Part shown: positions 55,092 to 62,881 of the stretch, piece by piece
How positions within the stretch are numbered: the stretch's first letter is position 1
Layout of the letters: each line of letters opens with the position of its first letter
Assembly: GCA_041650035.1 (NCBI GenBank)
Contig: JBAZLY010000004.1
Location: 1 to 62,881, forward strand
DNA: 62,881 nt
Direction: 5' to 3'
Origin: Candidatus Omnitrophota bacterium
Lineage (GTDB): Bacteria; Omnitrophota; Gorgyraeia; JABMRG01
Notes under the pieces: model-generated
What the model was told of the DNA's origin: nothing
Databases searched by the model: none
What the model saw: only the letters and a program-made list of their open reading frames with translations
Made by a program: the position numbers and the translations under genes

Positions 55092-56444
55092 ATGAAGGTA
55101 AGCATAATAAGTCTGGGTTGCGCGCGAAATCTTGTGGATACCGAGCTTGTGACAGGCAGGCTTAAGGTTATGGGGTTTGATATCGCCGATGAAGTCGAGG
55201 GCAGTGACGTAGTCCTTATAAACACATGCGCTTTCATAGAAGAGTCTAAAAAAGAATCGATAGAGACTATATTAAAGGCGGTTAAGCTAAAAGATGAAGG
55301 CGGCGTAAAGAATATCATTGTATGCGGCTGTCTTGGACAAAGATATGGCAGGCAGGTCAGCTCTGATATTGCTGAGGTCGATGCTATATTGGGGGTGGAC
55401 AGCTTTAAGACTGTGGCCAGGGCTATAAAGGCAATAGGCAAAGGCCGCCGCTACTTGGAGATAAATTCCCCGGATTTGAGATACCCAAACAATATTCCCC
55501 GCGTCCTGATTACGCCTGTTCATTATGCCTATATCAAGATCGCGGAAGGTTGCCATAATCACTGTAGTTATTGCGCCATATGCAATATACGCGGCAGTAT
55601 AAGAAGTAGACCAATGGGCTCAATCCTGTCAGAGATAGGCTGTTTGGCATCGAGAAAGACTATAGGCGAATTCAATATCATAGCCCAGGATAGCACATCA
55701 TACGGTATAGACAGATACAAGAGGCCCGCGCTCGTTAAATTGCTTAAAAAGATATGCGGACTGAATAAGGCCCATTGGATAAGGCTTTTGTATGCCCACC
55801 CCGGTCGTTTTAGTGACGATCTGATAGATACTATTGCCACACAGCCCAATATATGTAAATATATAGACTTGCCGATACAGCACATAAGCGATAAGATATT
55901 GTCTGCCATGAACAGAGGGACTTCCCGGCGTCAGATAGAGACCCTGATAAAAAAGATAAGGCGCAGGATACCGTCAGCCGCCATACGGACATCGGTGATT
56001 ACAGGATTTCCATCGGAGACGGAAGCGGATTTTAGGCAGCTGCTTGATTTTATAAAAGACACGCAGTTTGAAAGGCTTGGGGCTTTTGTTTATTCAAGAG
56101 AGGAAGGCACTCCGGCATTCGGTTTTAAAGGCCATATAAGAGAGCGGGTCAAGGCAAGGCGATTTGACAGGGTTATGAGACTGCAGCAGGCCGTCTCCGA
56201 GTCGGTTAACAGGCGTTTCCTGGGCAGGCGTATTGAGGTGCTCGTAGAAAAAAAACTTGATAATGACACATATGAAGGCCGTTCCGAATATGACGCGCCC
56301 GAGGTTGACGGTGCAGTATATGTCAGGTCAAAGGCCTTGCTCGCGCCAGGGCAGTTTGTCCAGGTTGATATAACCGATACGCTTGAATATGATCTTACCG
56401 GAAACGCGGTCTGCCCCAAAAAAATTAAAATTGATACAAGGTGA
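55092..56444 (+). CDS. rimO: ribosomal protein S12 methylthiotransferase
   Basis: LGCARNLVDTE N-terminal domain, radical SAM motif CHNHCSYC, and a C-terminal TRAM domain. Confidence 0.9.
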   Translation: MKVSIISLGCARNLVDTELVTGRLKVMGFDIADEVEGSDVVLINTCAFIEESKKESIETILKAVKLKDEGGVKNIIVCGCLGQRYGRQVSSDIAEVDAILGVDSFKTVARAIKAIGKGRRYLEINSPDLRYPNNIPRVLITPVHYAYIKIAEGCHNHCSYCAICNIRGSIRSRPMGSILSEIGCLASRKTIGEFNIIAQDSTSYGIDRYKRPALVKLLKKICGLNKAHWIRLLYAHPGRFSDDLIDTIATQPNICKYIDLPIQHISDKILSAMNRGTSRRQIETLIKKIRRRIPSAAIRTSVITGFPSETEADFRQLLDFIKDTQFERLGAFVYSREEGTPAFGFKGHIRERVKARRFDRVMRLQQAVSESVNRRFLGRRIEVLVEKKLDNDTYEGRSEYDAPEVDGAVYVRSKALLAPGQFVQVDITDTLEYDLTGNAVCPKKIKIDTR

Positions 56445-56449
56445 AAAAC

Positions 56450-57022
56450 ATGAATCTGCCGAATAAGTTGACATTGTCCCGCATAGGACTTACGTTCGTG
56501 TTCATGTTTTTTTTGTTTACCAAATGGCACTACGGCAAGGCCGCGGCGATAGCGGTTTTTGCGCTGGCCTCGTTTACCGATTATCTCGACGGAATGATTG
56601 CCAAGAACCGGGGGTTGGTGTCTGATTTTGGAAAGTTTATGGATCCTATAGCCGACAAGATATTGATATTGGCGGCATTGCTTGCCTTTGTGGAGATGGG
56701 GATTATTCCCGCGTGGATGGTTCTATTAGTTATATTCCGTGAATTTATCATATTGGGTTTGAGGGTACTGGGCATAATTAAAGGAAATATCGTGGCTGCA
56801 TCCCGTGCCGGTAAGCATAAAACGGTCTCGCAGGTGGTAACTGTATTTTTTATCCTTGCCTATCTATTTATAAAAGAGCATGCCGTTAAAAACAGTTTAT
56901 GGACGCAAAAGGCCGAAAACGTAGCGTGTTTTTTTATCCTTTTCCTTATGTCTATTACAGTAGTCTTAACGCTTATATCCGGCGCCTCGTATATCTCTAA
57001 AAATAGAAGGCTTTTTCAGTGA
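56450..57022 (+). CDS. pgsA: CDP-diacylglycerol--glycerol-3-phosphate 3-phosphatidyltransferase
   Basis: MNLPNKLTLSRI start and the CDP-alcohol motif DYLDGMIAKNRG...GKFMDPIADK. Confidence 0.9.
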   Translation: MNLPNKLTLSRIGLTFVFMFFLFTKWHYGKAAAIAVFALASFTDYLDGMIAKNRGLVSDFGKFMDPIADKILILAALLAFVEMGIIPAWMVLLVIFREFIILGLRVLGIIKGNIVAASRAGKHKTVSQVVTVFFILAYLFIKEHAVKNSLWTQKAENVACFFILFLMSITVVLTLISGASYISKNRRLFQ

Positions 57023-57507
57023 AATTTATAATAAAACTTATTGCCACCTTTTTTTACACGGGCTATTTTCCCATAGCGGGTGGGACATTTGCCAGCCTTG
57101 TATCGGTCTTTATCTATATCCTCCTGCCGGTATCCGCCCCGGCGCGCGTATTATTTGTGTTTTTTTTGTTCCTAACAGGGTTTCTTGTTTCAGGCCGAGC
57201 GGAGGCATTATTACAAAGCAAAGACTCTGGGAAGATAGTTATAGACGAGGTTGCTTCGATGTCACTGATATGCCTGTTTGCGCAGAGAGATTACTTGTTT
57301 CTGACGTGCGGTTTTTTATGTTTCAGGTTTTTTGATATAGTAAAACCCCCGCCGATAAAAAGGATAGAACATATGACAGGCTCAAAGGCAGTTATGCTTG
57401 ATGACCTTGCCGCGGCCTTGTATACCATATTAGCGCTTTTTCTGATCAGCCGGCTTCAGAGAGCCGGAATTCTTCCATTAGCTAATATCCCAATCCATGG
57501 CTTGTAA
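57019..57507 (+). CDS. pgpA: phosphatidylglycerophosphatase A
   Basis: G.FPIAGGTFASL, DEVASM, and RFFDIVKPPPI motifs. GTG start overlaps the pgsA stop. Confidence 0.85.
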   Translation: MKFIIKLIATFFYTGYFPIAGGTFASLVSVFIYILLPVSAPARVLFVFFLFLTGFLVSGRAEALLQSKDSGKIVIDEVASMSLICLFAQRDYLFLTCGFLCFRFFDIVKPPPIKRIEHMTGSKAVMLDDLAAALYTILALFLISRLQRAGILPLANIPIHGL

Positions 57508-57524
57508 ACTGGCTTAAAAAAGGC

Positions 57525-58001
57525 CTATTTTTTTGCAACCGCTTTTTCTCCGATAGCAATGTTCGAGATAGTAACTAAGGCCTTGAGCAGTTACGGGCTG
57601 ATCCTGCCCATGCCCAGGCTTACATGGGGCACAAAAGGCCTGTTCTCTCCGACGGTGCCTTCGTTGCCGCAGATGAGGCTGATCTGTCGATACTGAGTTG
57701 TTAGTTCCTTGCCGGGTCCATTTATGCCCGCCCAGATTACGCGCGGTTGATTGAAGGTGGAGAATGTTCCGATTCCTGATAAGACGATCTCAAAGGTCGG
57801 TGAGGATTTCGCGATCTTTAAGATCCCTGGACTTATTCTAATGATAATATCATTATATATATTGTCTAAAAATTATGGTGATATGCATATGTCAGGGGTT
57901 GACCCGGTGCATGACGCTTCCGTAACACGCTAACCTGCGCTGAAGAGATGAAACAGGTTATTAACTGAATCCGGCAGAGACACCGCAACAAATGCCCTTA
58001 T
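57525..58001 (-). pseudogene. thpR: degraded RNA 2',3'-cyclic phosphodiesterase / 2'-5' RNA ligase (ThpR/LigT) gene
   Basis: Minus-strand pieces lie in different frames: IRAFVAVSLPDSVNNLFHLFSAG* (ATA where ATG is expected, overlapping the cinA stop); ...SVMHRVNP*HMHITIIF (in-frame TGA); then FLDNI...FEIVLSGIGTFS...PRVIWAGI...RPFVPHVSLGMGRISP* after a shift in a T5 run. Both H-x-T/S-x motifs are recognisable. Confidence 0.6.
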
Positions 58002-59230
58002 TTGAGGATATGACGCCTTAGCATGTCGAGCGCATCCTGGCTGGAACGTAATTTAATATTTTCTCTTGAACCCGCGAAATAATGTTTTTTCGCGTATGTC
58101 TTATTTTTATCGGAAATGGCCATATAGACAAGGCCTACGGGTTTATTGGCCGTCCCGCCATTAGGCCCGGCGATACCGGTAACGGAAAGCCCTATGTCCG
58201 CGCCGGATAATAACCTTATGTTTTTTGCCATGGACTCGGCCGTTTGCCTGCTTACGGCGCCGTAACGGCTTATGGTTCCGGAGGCGACATTGAGTAATTC
58301 AATCTTTGATTTATTTGAATAAGCTACGATAGAGAGGATGAGGTTTTTGGATGCCCCCGGAACATCCGTTATCCTGCTGCTTATAAGCCCTCCGGTGCAT
58401 GACTCTGCTATCGCGACCGTATTTGACTTGAGCAGGCGCAATAATGCCTCTTCAAGGCCTTGATTGCCGATGCCGTATATCAAATCACCTAATCTTTTGC
58501 GCAGCCTCTTTTCTATAAGGTCAATATTTTTATTGGCGAGATTGATGTCTGCGGCCTTTGATGTTATTTTTAGTTCAACCTGCCCGGGTTTAGTGTATAT
58601 CCCCATCGTAGTCGCGCCTGACAGCCTCATAAAATCCTTAATTTTTTCGTGCAACAGCGATTCACTTATTCCCGTTGTCTTTATTGTCCGTGTTAGTATA
58701 ACCATTCGGCAGGGTGAAAATTTATTTAAAAACGGCAGGACATATCTGTTTAGCATAGGTATCATTTCACAATCAGGACCAGGCAGGCAGATAAAGACCT
58801 TTTTACTCTTCTTGATTATTAATCCTGGGGCTGTGCCGGCATAGTTTCTAAGCCATATGGCGCCTTGCGGCAAGTAGGCCTGGCGTATATTACTCTTTGG
58901 CATCTTAATGTGTTTTTTGGAAAAACTTTTTTTTATAAGGCTTAGTATCTTGGCATTAAGGACCAGCTTTCTGCCAGATATCCTTGCTGCGGCGCCAAGG
59001 GTAATATCGTCAATCGTCGGTCCTAACCCGCCTGTGGTTATGACTATGTCCGATCTCTCTATCGCGGCCTTTGCTGTTTCATAGAGCCTTAAGCTGTTAT
59101 CGCCTATGGTAGTATGGTAATATACGTCTATGCCTATGCGGGCTAATTCCCTTGATATGTATGCTGAATTGGTATCTATAATTTGACCGAGTAAAAGTTC
59201 CGTGCCTATGCTTATAATTTCCGCTTTCAT
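57998..59230 (-). CDS. cinA: competence/damage-inducible protein CinA (MoCF-binding domain + nicotinamide-nucleotide amidohydrolase domain)
   Basis: MKAEIISIGTELLLGQI.DTNS, TGGLGPT.DD, and a C-terminal PncC-like region (ESCTGG...GIAGP.GG). Confidence 0.9.
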   Translation of the reverse strand: MKAEIISIGTELLLGQIIDTNSAYISRELARIGIDVYYHTTIGDNSLRLYETAKAAIERSDIVITTGGLGPTIDDITLGAAARISGRKLVLNAKILSLIKKSFSKKHIKMPKSNIRQAYLPQGAIWLRNYAGTAPGLIIKKSKKVFICLPGPDCEMIPMLNRYVLPFLNKFSPCRMVILTRTIKTTGISESLLHEKIKDFMRLSGATTMGIYTKPGQVELKITSKAADINLANKNIDLIEKRLRKRLGDLIYGIGNQGLEEALLRLLKSNTVAIAESCTGGLISSRITDVPGASKNLILSIVAYSNKSKIELLNVASGTISRYGAVSRQTAESMAKNIRLLSGADIGLSVTGIAGPNGGTANKPVGLVYMAISDKNKTYAKKHYFAGSRENIKLRSSQDALDMLRRHILK

Positions 59231-59465
59231 AATAAATTATTATAACATATCCTATGGTTTTTATCCTAATGTTTCTTGCGAGGGTCTTATTTCTTTGATT
59301 ACGCCCGCGCGTAGACCCCCGGCCTTTGAAAGAAAACGCTTGATAGCGACGTCATATATATTGAGATTTATACAAAAAAGGCGGGATTATGGCTGCAATA
59401 AAGGTTGCGGGGATATATGACACATCGTAAAGCAGGCGTAAGGTGTTCGGCGCGAGAGTTTTTTC

Positions 59466-59494
59466 TTTACAAGGTCAGTTGGAAAAGGTATAAT
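59466..59494 (+). promoter_or_regulatory. sigma70-like promoter (TTTACA-17 nt-TATAAT) for recA
   Basis: Hexamers at 59466-59471 and 59489-59494. RBS AAAGGAGG precedes the ATG at 59532. Confidence 0.55.
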
Positions 59495-59531
59495 TTAGAC
59501 TAATATTTAATGTATATAAAAGGAGGCTTTC

Positions 59532-60584
59532 ATGGTGAAGGTAGAGAAGCAGAAAAACGCCCAACCGCAGTCAGAACAAAGCAGTCAGAACTCGGAAGAG
59601 GAAAGAGCGAAGGCCCTTGAACTTGCGGTATCACAGATAGAGAAACAGTTTGGCAAGGGTTCTATCATGAAGCTCGATAAGAATATTAAACAGGTCGTTC
59701 AGGTCATACCGACGGGTGCCATATCTCTTGATATAGCGCTTGGCGTTGGCGGGGTTCCGAGAGGCAGGGTTATAGAGATATTCGGCCCTGAATCAAGCGG
59801 CAAAACCACGCTTACCTTAAGCATTATAGCGCAGGTCCAGAAAATAGGAGGCGTAGCGGCCTTTATTGACGCTGAAAACGCCTTTGATTCAAGCTATGCC
59901 TCGAAGATAGGCGTTAACCTTGACGACCTGCTTATATCGCAACCGGATGACGGGGAGCAGGCGCTTGAGATCACCGAAACGCTTGTCCGTTCCAATGCCG
60001 TGGACGTTATAGTAATTGACTCTGTTGCCGCGCTTGTTCCGCGCGCGGAGATAGAAGGCGCGATGGGCCAGGCGCAGATGGGTTTACAGGCTAGGCTAAT
60101 GAGCCAGGCCTTGCGCAAACTTTCAGGCGCTATTAATAAATCAAAGACCTGCGTGATATTTATCAATCAGATCAGGGAAAAGATAGGTGTCATGTTTGGC
60201 AACCCCGAAACAACACCGGGAGGCAGGGCGTTAAAGTTTTACGCCTCGGTAAGAATAGATGTCCGGAGGAAAGAATACATAAAGACAGGCGATGTGGTTA
60301 CGGGAAGCCTCGTAAAGGCCAAGGTTGTCAAAAACAAGGTGGCTGCCCCTTTCAGGAGTGCCGAGTTCGACATTATATATACCGAGGGTATATCGAGAGA
60401 GGCAAGCCTTTTGGACATAGGGGTAACCCTGGATGTTGTAAAGAAACAGGGTGCCTGGTTTTCTTTTAATGATACAAAGATAGGCCAGGGCAAGGAAGGC
60501 GCGCGATTATATTTAAAAGAAAACCCCAAGCTTGTTTCCGAGATTGAAAAGAAGGTTAGGGAATCGGCCGCAAAGCCCCGATAG
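59532..60584 (+). CDS. recA: recombinase RecA
   Basis: [10 protein letters not shown] Walker A, FIDAE.A.D, and the L1/L2 loop regions. Carries a ~20-aa Q/S/E-rich N-terminal extension. Confidence 0.97.
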   Translation: MVKVEKQKNAQPQSEQSSQNSEEERAKALELAVSQIEKQFGKGSIMKLDKNIKQVVQVIPTGAISLDIALGVGGVPRGRVIEIFGPESSGKTTLTLSIIAQVQKIGGVAAFIDAENAFDSSYASKIGVNLDDLLISQPDDGEQALEITETLVRSNAVDVIVIDSVAALVPRAEIEGAMGQAQMGLQARLMSQALRKLSGAINKSKTCVIFINQIREKIGVMFGNPETTPGGRALKFYASVRIDVRRKEYIKTGDVVTGSLVKAKVVKNKVAAPFRSAEFDIIYTEGISREASLLDIGVTLDVVKKQGAWFSFNDTKIGQGKEGARLYLKENPKLVSEIEKKVRESAAKPR

Positions 60585-60771
60585 GATAGCCTAAAAAAAC
60601 ATCAAAGCGGGTTTTTTTATCGAAAGTGTTTACCGTGTGATTTCAATTAATTCTTTATATCCTGACAAGGTATTCGAGCGGGAAAAAATTTTTACAAGTT
60701 GAGCGCCTTTTGCGGACACTATCGAGGGTTCGTCGGATTGCCCGCAAAGGACAGGGGCTTATGACAACCTG

Positions 60772-61245
60772 ATGAAGATAGACGTTATTGACCGGGCAAG
60801 ACTTTACGCTATCAGCCTTTTGAATTACCGGCCTTACAGCGAGATGGAGATCAGGCAGAGGCTTAAGAAAAAGGGTTTCCCGCCTAAGGTCATAGATGAT
60901 CTCATTTCGGATTTTAAGGAAAAATCGCTCATAAATGACGAAAAATTTTCTATGTTATGGGCCCGGTCAAGGCTCCAAAGCCAGGGTCAAAGCTTTTACA
61001 AGATAAAAAAGGAGCTGTTGTCGAAAGGCATCGACAGACAGATAATTGATAGTATCACGCGAGGCCTTGAACAGGAGTTCAGCGAGAAAGAGACAGCGGC
61101 ACGGCTTACGGCAAAAAGGCTTGCCGGCCTTAAGGGGATTGATATCGATAAGGCAAAGAGACGTTTATATTCCTATCTTATGAGGCGCGGTTTTTCCAAT
61201 AGTGTTGTTTTTGAGGTTATTAATGAAGCATACCCGGATACGTAA
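60772..61245 (+). CDS. recX: recombination regulator RecX
   Basis: Three-helix repeat pattern (A..LL..R..S..E....L...G), positioned after recA. Confidence 0.85.
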   Translation: MKIDVIDRARLYAISLLNYRPYSEMEIRQRLKKKGFPPKVIDDLISDFKEKSLINDEKFSMLWARSRLQSQGQSFYKIKKELLSKGIDRQIIDSITRGLEQEFSEKETAARLTAKRLAGLKGIDIDKAKRRLYSYLMRRGFSNSVVFEVINEAYPDT

Positions 61246-62881
61246 TGAATATTTGGATTTTTTTAGATCTAAAGGGCATAGGATAGTCCCCAGCGATTCA
61301 CTTGTTCCTGCCGGTGACCCTACGCTTTTGTTTACCAGTGCCGGCATGACACAATTTAAAAACGAATTTATGGGTAATGCGACGGATTTTACCCGTGCTG
61401 CGAGCTGTCAGAAATGTATGCGCACAGCTGACCTTGATAATGTGGGCAAGACCTTTTGTCATCACAGTTTTTTTGAGATGCTGGGCAATTTTTCTTTTGG
61501 GGATTACTTTAAAAAAGAGGCTATTGCCTGGGCATGGGAATTCCTTACATGCAATCTGCGCCTTAGGCCCGTTGATTTATGGGTATCTGTTTACGAGGAT
61601 GATGATGAGTCTTATTTTATATGGAGGGACATTATTAAGGTCTTGCCAGCGCACATCGTAAGACTCGGTCAAAAGGATAATTTTTGGCCTTCGGAGGCCA
61701 GGGATAAAGGCCCGAATGGACCCTGCGGGCCGTGTTCGGAAATCTATTATGATTATGGTGTGGCCTGTGGATGCGGCAGGCCTGATTGCACCCCTGCCTG
61801 CTCATGCGGCCGTTTCGTGGAGATATGGAACCTTGTCTTTACTCAATATAACAGGAAGAACGCCGGAGCATTAGAGCCTCTGCCAAATAAAAATATTGAC
61901 ACAGGTATGGGCCTGGAACGTCTTTGCGCGGTAATGCAGGGGGTGAGGAATAATTTCGAAACTGACCTGTTTGGCCCTATCATAGAAACGATAAAAGGAG
62001 AACTCCATGTTAACCCCGGTGTTAATGATACCCCGAGGGTGCATGCCATTGCCGATCATATACGCGCTGTTGCTTTTGCCATTTCAGACGGGATCACGCC
62101 GTCCAATGAAGAGAGGGGTTATGTTGTTAGAAATATCCTTCGCAGGGCCTTGTTGCACGCTATTGAGCTGGGCGCGCATGGGCCTGTCTTATACAGATTG
62201 ATCCATTCTGTTGCAAAGGTCATGCAGCAGCCTTACCCTGAACTGTCAAAGAGGTATCAGGACATTGCCGGTATCGTAAGGTTTGAAGAAGAGAGATTTT
62301 TTAACACATTAGGCAAAGGCCGGTCGATCTTAGAAGCCATGATAGAGGATGTTAGAAGGTCCGGCAAGGCAATGATATCGGGCGAGGACGTATTCTGCCT
62401 ATGTGATACCCACGGCCTGCCCTTTATGATTACCAAAGAGCTTTGCCGAAGGCAGGGGATTGCTGTTGATGAAAAGACATTTGACGAACTTATGCGGGCC
62501 CAGAGGGATCAATCCAGAAAAAACAGTAATATCAGCGGTTCGGTTTTTATAGATACGGGTATCAAAGAAAAAACAGAATTTATCGGTTATGATATATATT
62601 CTTCAAAGGCCAGGGTTATGCGCGTGATGTCGGCTGACGGGCGTGAGATTGACTTTGCCGACAACAGCATGCCCAAGGTCCAGGTGATCCTGGATAAGTC
62701 GGTTTTTTATCCTCAACAGGGAGGTCAGGAGCCTGATAAGGGCAGACTCGGATCGAAAGATTTTGACGCCGAGGTCCTTTATGCCAAAAAGCTTCAGGCC
62801 GCAATAGTTCTTGACATAAAGCCGCTGAAGGGCCGTGTAAGTAAAGGCGACACTGTAGAGTCGGAGATTGATATTGATAGG
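61223..62881 (+). CDS. alaS: alanine--tRNA ligase (3' truncated by window edge)
   Basis: The frame is open from the ATG at 61223 to the window end. It is absent from the ORF track because it has no stop. Contains FFRSKGH..VPS.SLVP..DPTLLFT.AGM.QFK, FEMLGNFSFGDYFK, GPCGPCSEI, EIWNLVF.QYN and IDTGMGLERL. Confidence 0.95.
   Translation, partial: MKHTRIRNEYLDFFRSKGHRIVPSDSLVPAGDPTLLFTSAGMTQFKNEFMGNATDFTRAASCQKCMRTADLDNVGKTFCHHSFFEMLGNFSFGDYFKKEAIAWAWEFLTCNLRLRPVDLWVSVYEDDDESYFIWRDIIKVLPAHIVRLGQKDNFWPSEARDKGPNGPCGPCSEIYYDYGVACGCGRPDCTPACSCGRFVEIWNLVFTQYNRKNAGALEPLPNKNIDTGMGLERLCAVMQGVRNNFETDLFGPIIETIKGELHVNPGVNDTPRVHAIADHIRAVAFAISDGITPSNEERGYVVRNILRRALLHAIELGAHGPVLYRLIHSVAKVMQQPYPELSKRYQDIAGIVRFEEERFFNTLGKGRSILEAMIEDVRRSGKAMISGEDVFCLCDTHGLPFMITKELCRRQGIAVDEKTFDELMRAQRDQSRKNSNISGSVFIDTGIKEKTEFIGYDIYSSKARVMRVMSADGREIDFADNSMPKVQVILDKSVFYPQQGGQEPDKGRLGSKDFDAEVLYAKKLQAAIVLDIKPLKGRVSKGDTVESEIDIDR

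Noticed and set aside
57751-57933. 60-aa + strand ORF in the pgpA-cinA gap
   Set aside because: It has no RBS or recognisable domain and lies antisense to the much better supported thpR/ligT pseudogene reading.
59400-59531. LexA/SOS operator upstream of recA
   Set aside because: Neither the CTGT-N8-ACAG nor the GAAC-N4-GTTC type palindrome is present. GTGTTCGGCGCGAGAG is not palindromic. I cannot exclude a lineage-specific motif.
1-62881. Search for tRNA, rRNA, tmRNA, CRISPR arrays, transposases, integrases and prophage or defence-system genes
   Set aside because: Intergenic gaps are short. The larger ones (5783-6131, 13600-13835, 17674-17888, 37602-37787, 47831-48071, 57508-57997, 59231-59531) show no cloverleaf-like or repeat-spacer structure by eye. 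No ORF carries DDE, tyrosine or serine recombinase motifs, or nuclease/ATPase defence motifs. tRNAscan-SE, Infernal and DefenseFinder runs would be needed for certainty.

Overview
This window looks like a stretch of chromosome from a diderm bacterium. SurA-like chaperones, a secretin and a beta-barrel outer-membrane gene support the diderm call. I cannot assign a lineage from sequence alone.

About 65 protein genes are packed tightly, and all but three units are on the + strand. By eye I found no rRNA, tRNA, CRISPR array, transposase or integrase.

The window has three parts:

1. Positions 1-13,000 are accessory-looking and dominated by cyclic-di-GMP signalling and cell-surface genes.
   - They hold a GAF/HD-GYP phosphodiesterase and three PilZ-domain proteins, one fused to a STAS domain.
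   - These are interleaved with small secreted proteins that resemble TIGR04073.
   - A clear class I c-di-GMP (GEMM-I) riboswitch sits at about 5941-6040, ahead of two uncharacterised small genes.
   - Downstream are an ECF sigma factor with no visible anti-sigma, a frameshifted outer-membrane barrel gene, an 840-aa PKD-repeat protein, and a DUF1573-rhodanese fusion.
2. Positions 13,000-37,600 and 48,000-62,881 are core housekeeping genes: surA-pdxA-rsmA, gatCAB, tsaD/tsaE/tsaB, ispDF, cysES, tmk-holB-ricT-metG-tatD, mtnA, thiL, alr, rpsO-pnp, dut, uppP, ftsK, rodZ, rimO, pgsA-pgpA, cinA, and recA-recX-alaS.
3. Positions 37,600-47,830 hold a compact type IV pilus / type II secretion-like cluster.
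   - It opens with a 62-aa MerR-type protein that is a DNA-binding domain only, followed by a PilM-PilN fusion, PilO-like and PilP-like proteins, a secretin, PilB, PilC and one pilin.
   - It ends with a large polytopic membrane/TPR protein.

A multiply disrupted thpR/ligT pseudogene lies directly downstream of cinA.

The best candidate for new biology is the riboswitch plus PilZ/HD-GYP island and the surface-protein module it may control. All family assignments come from motif recognition by eye and need HMM or covariance-model confirmation.
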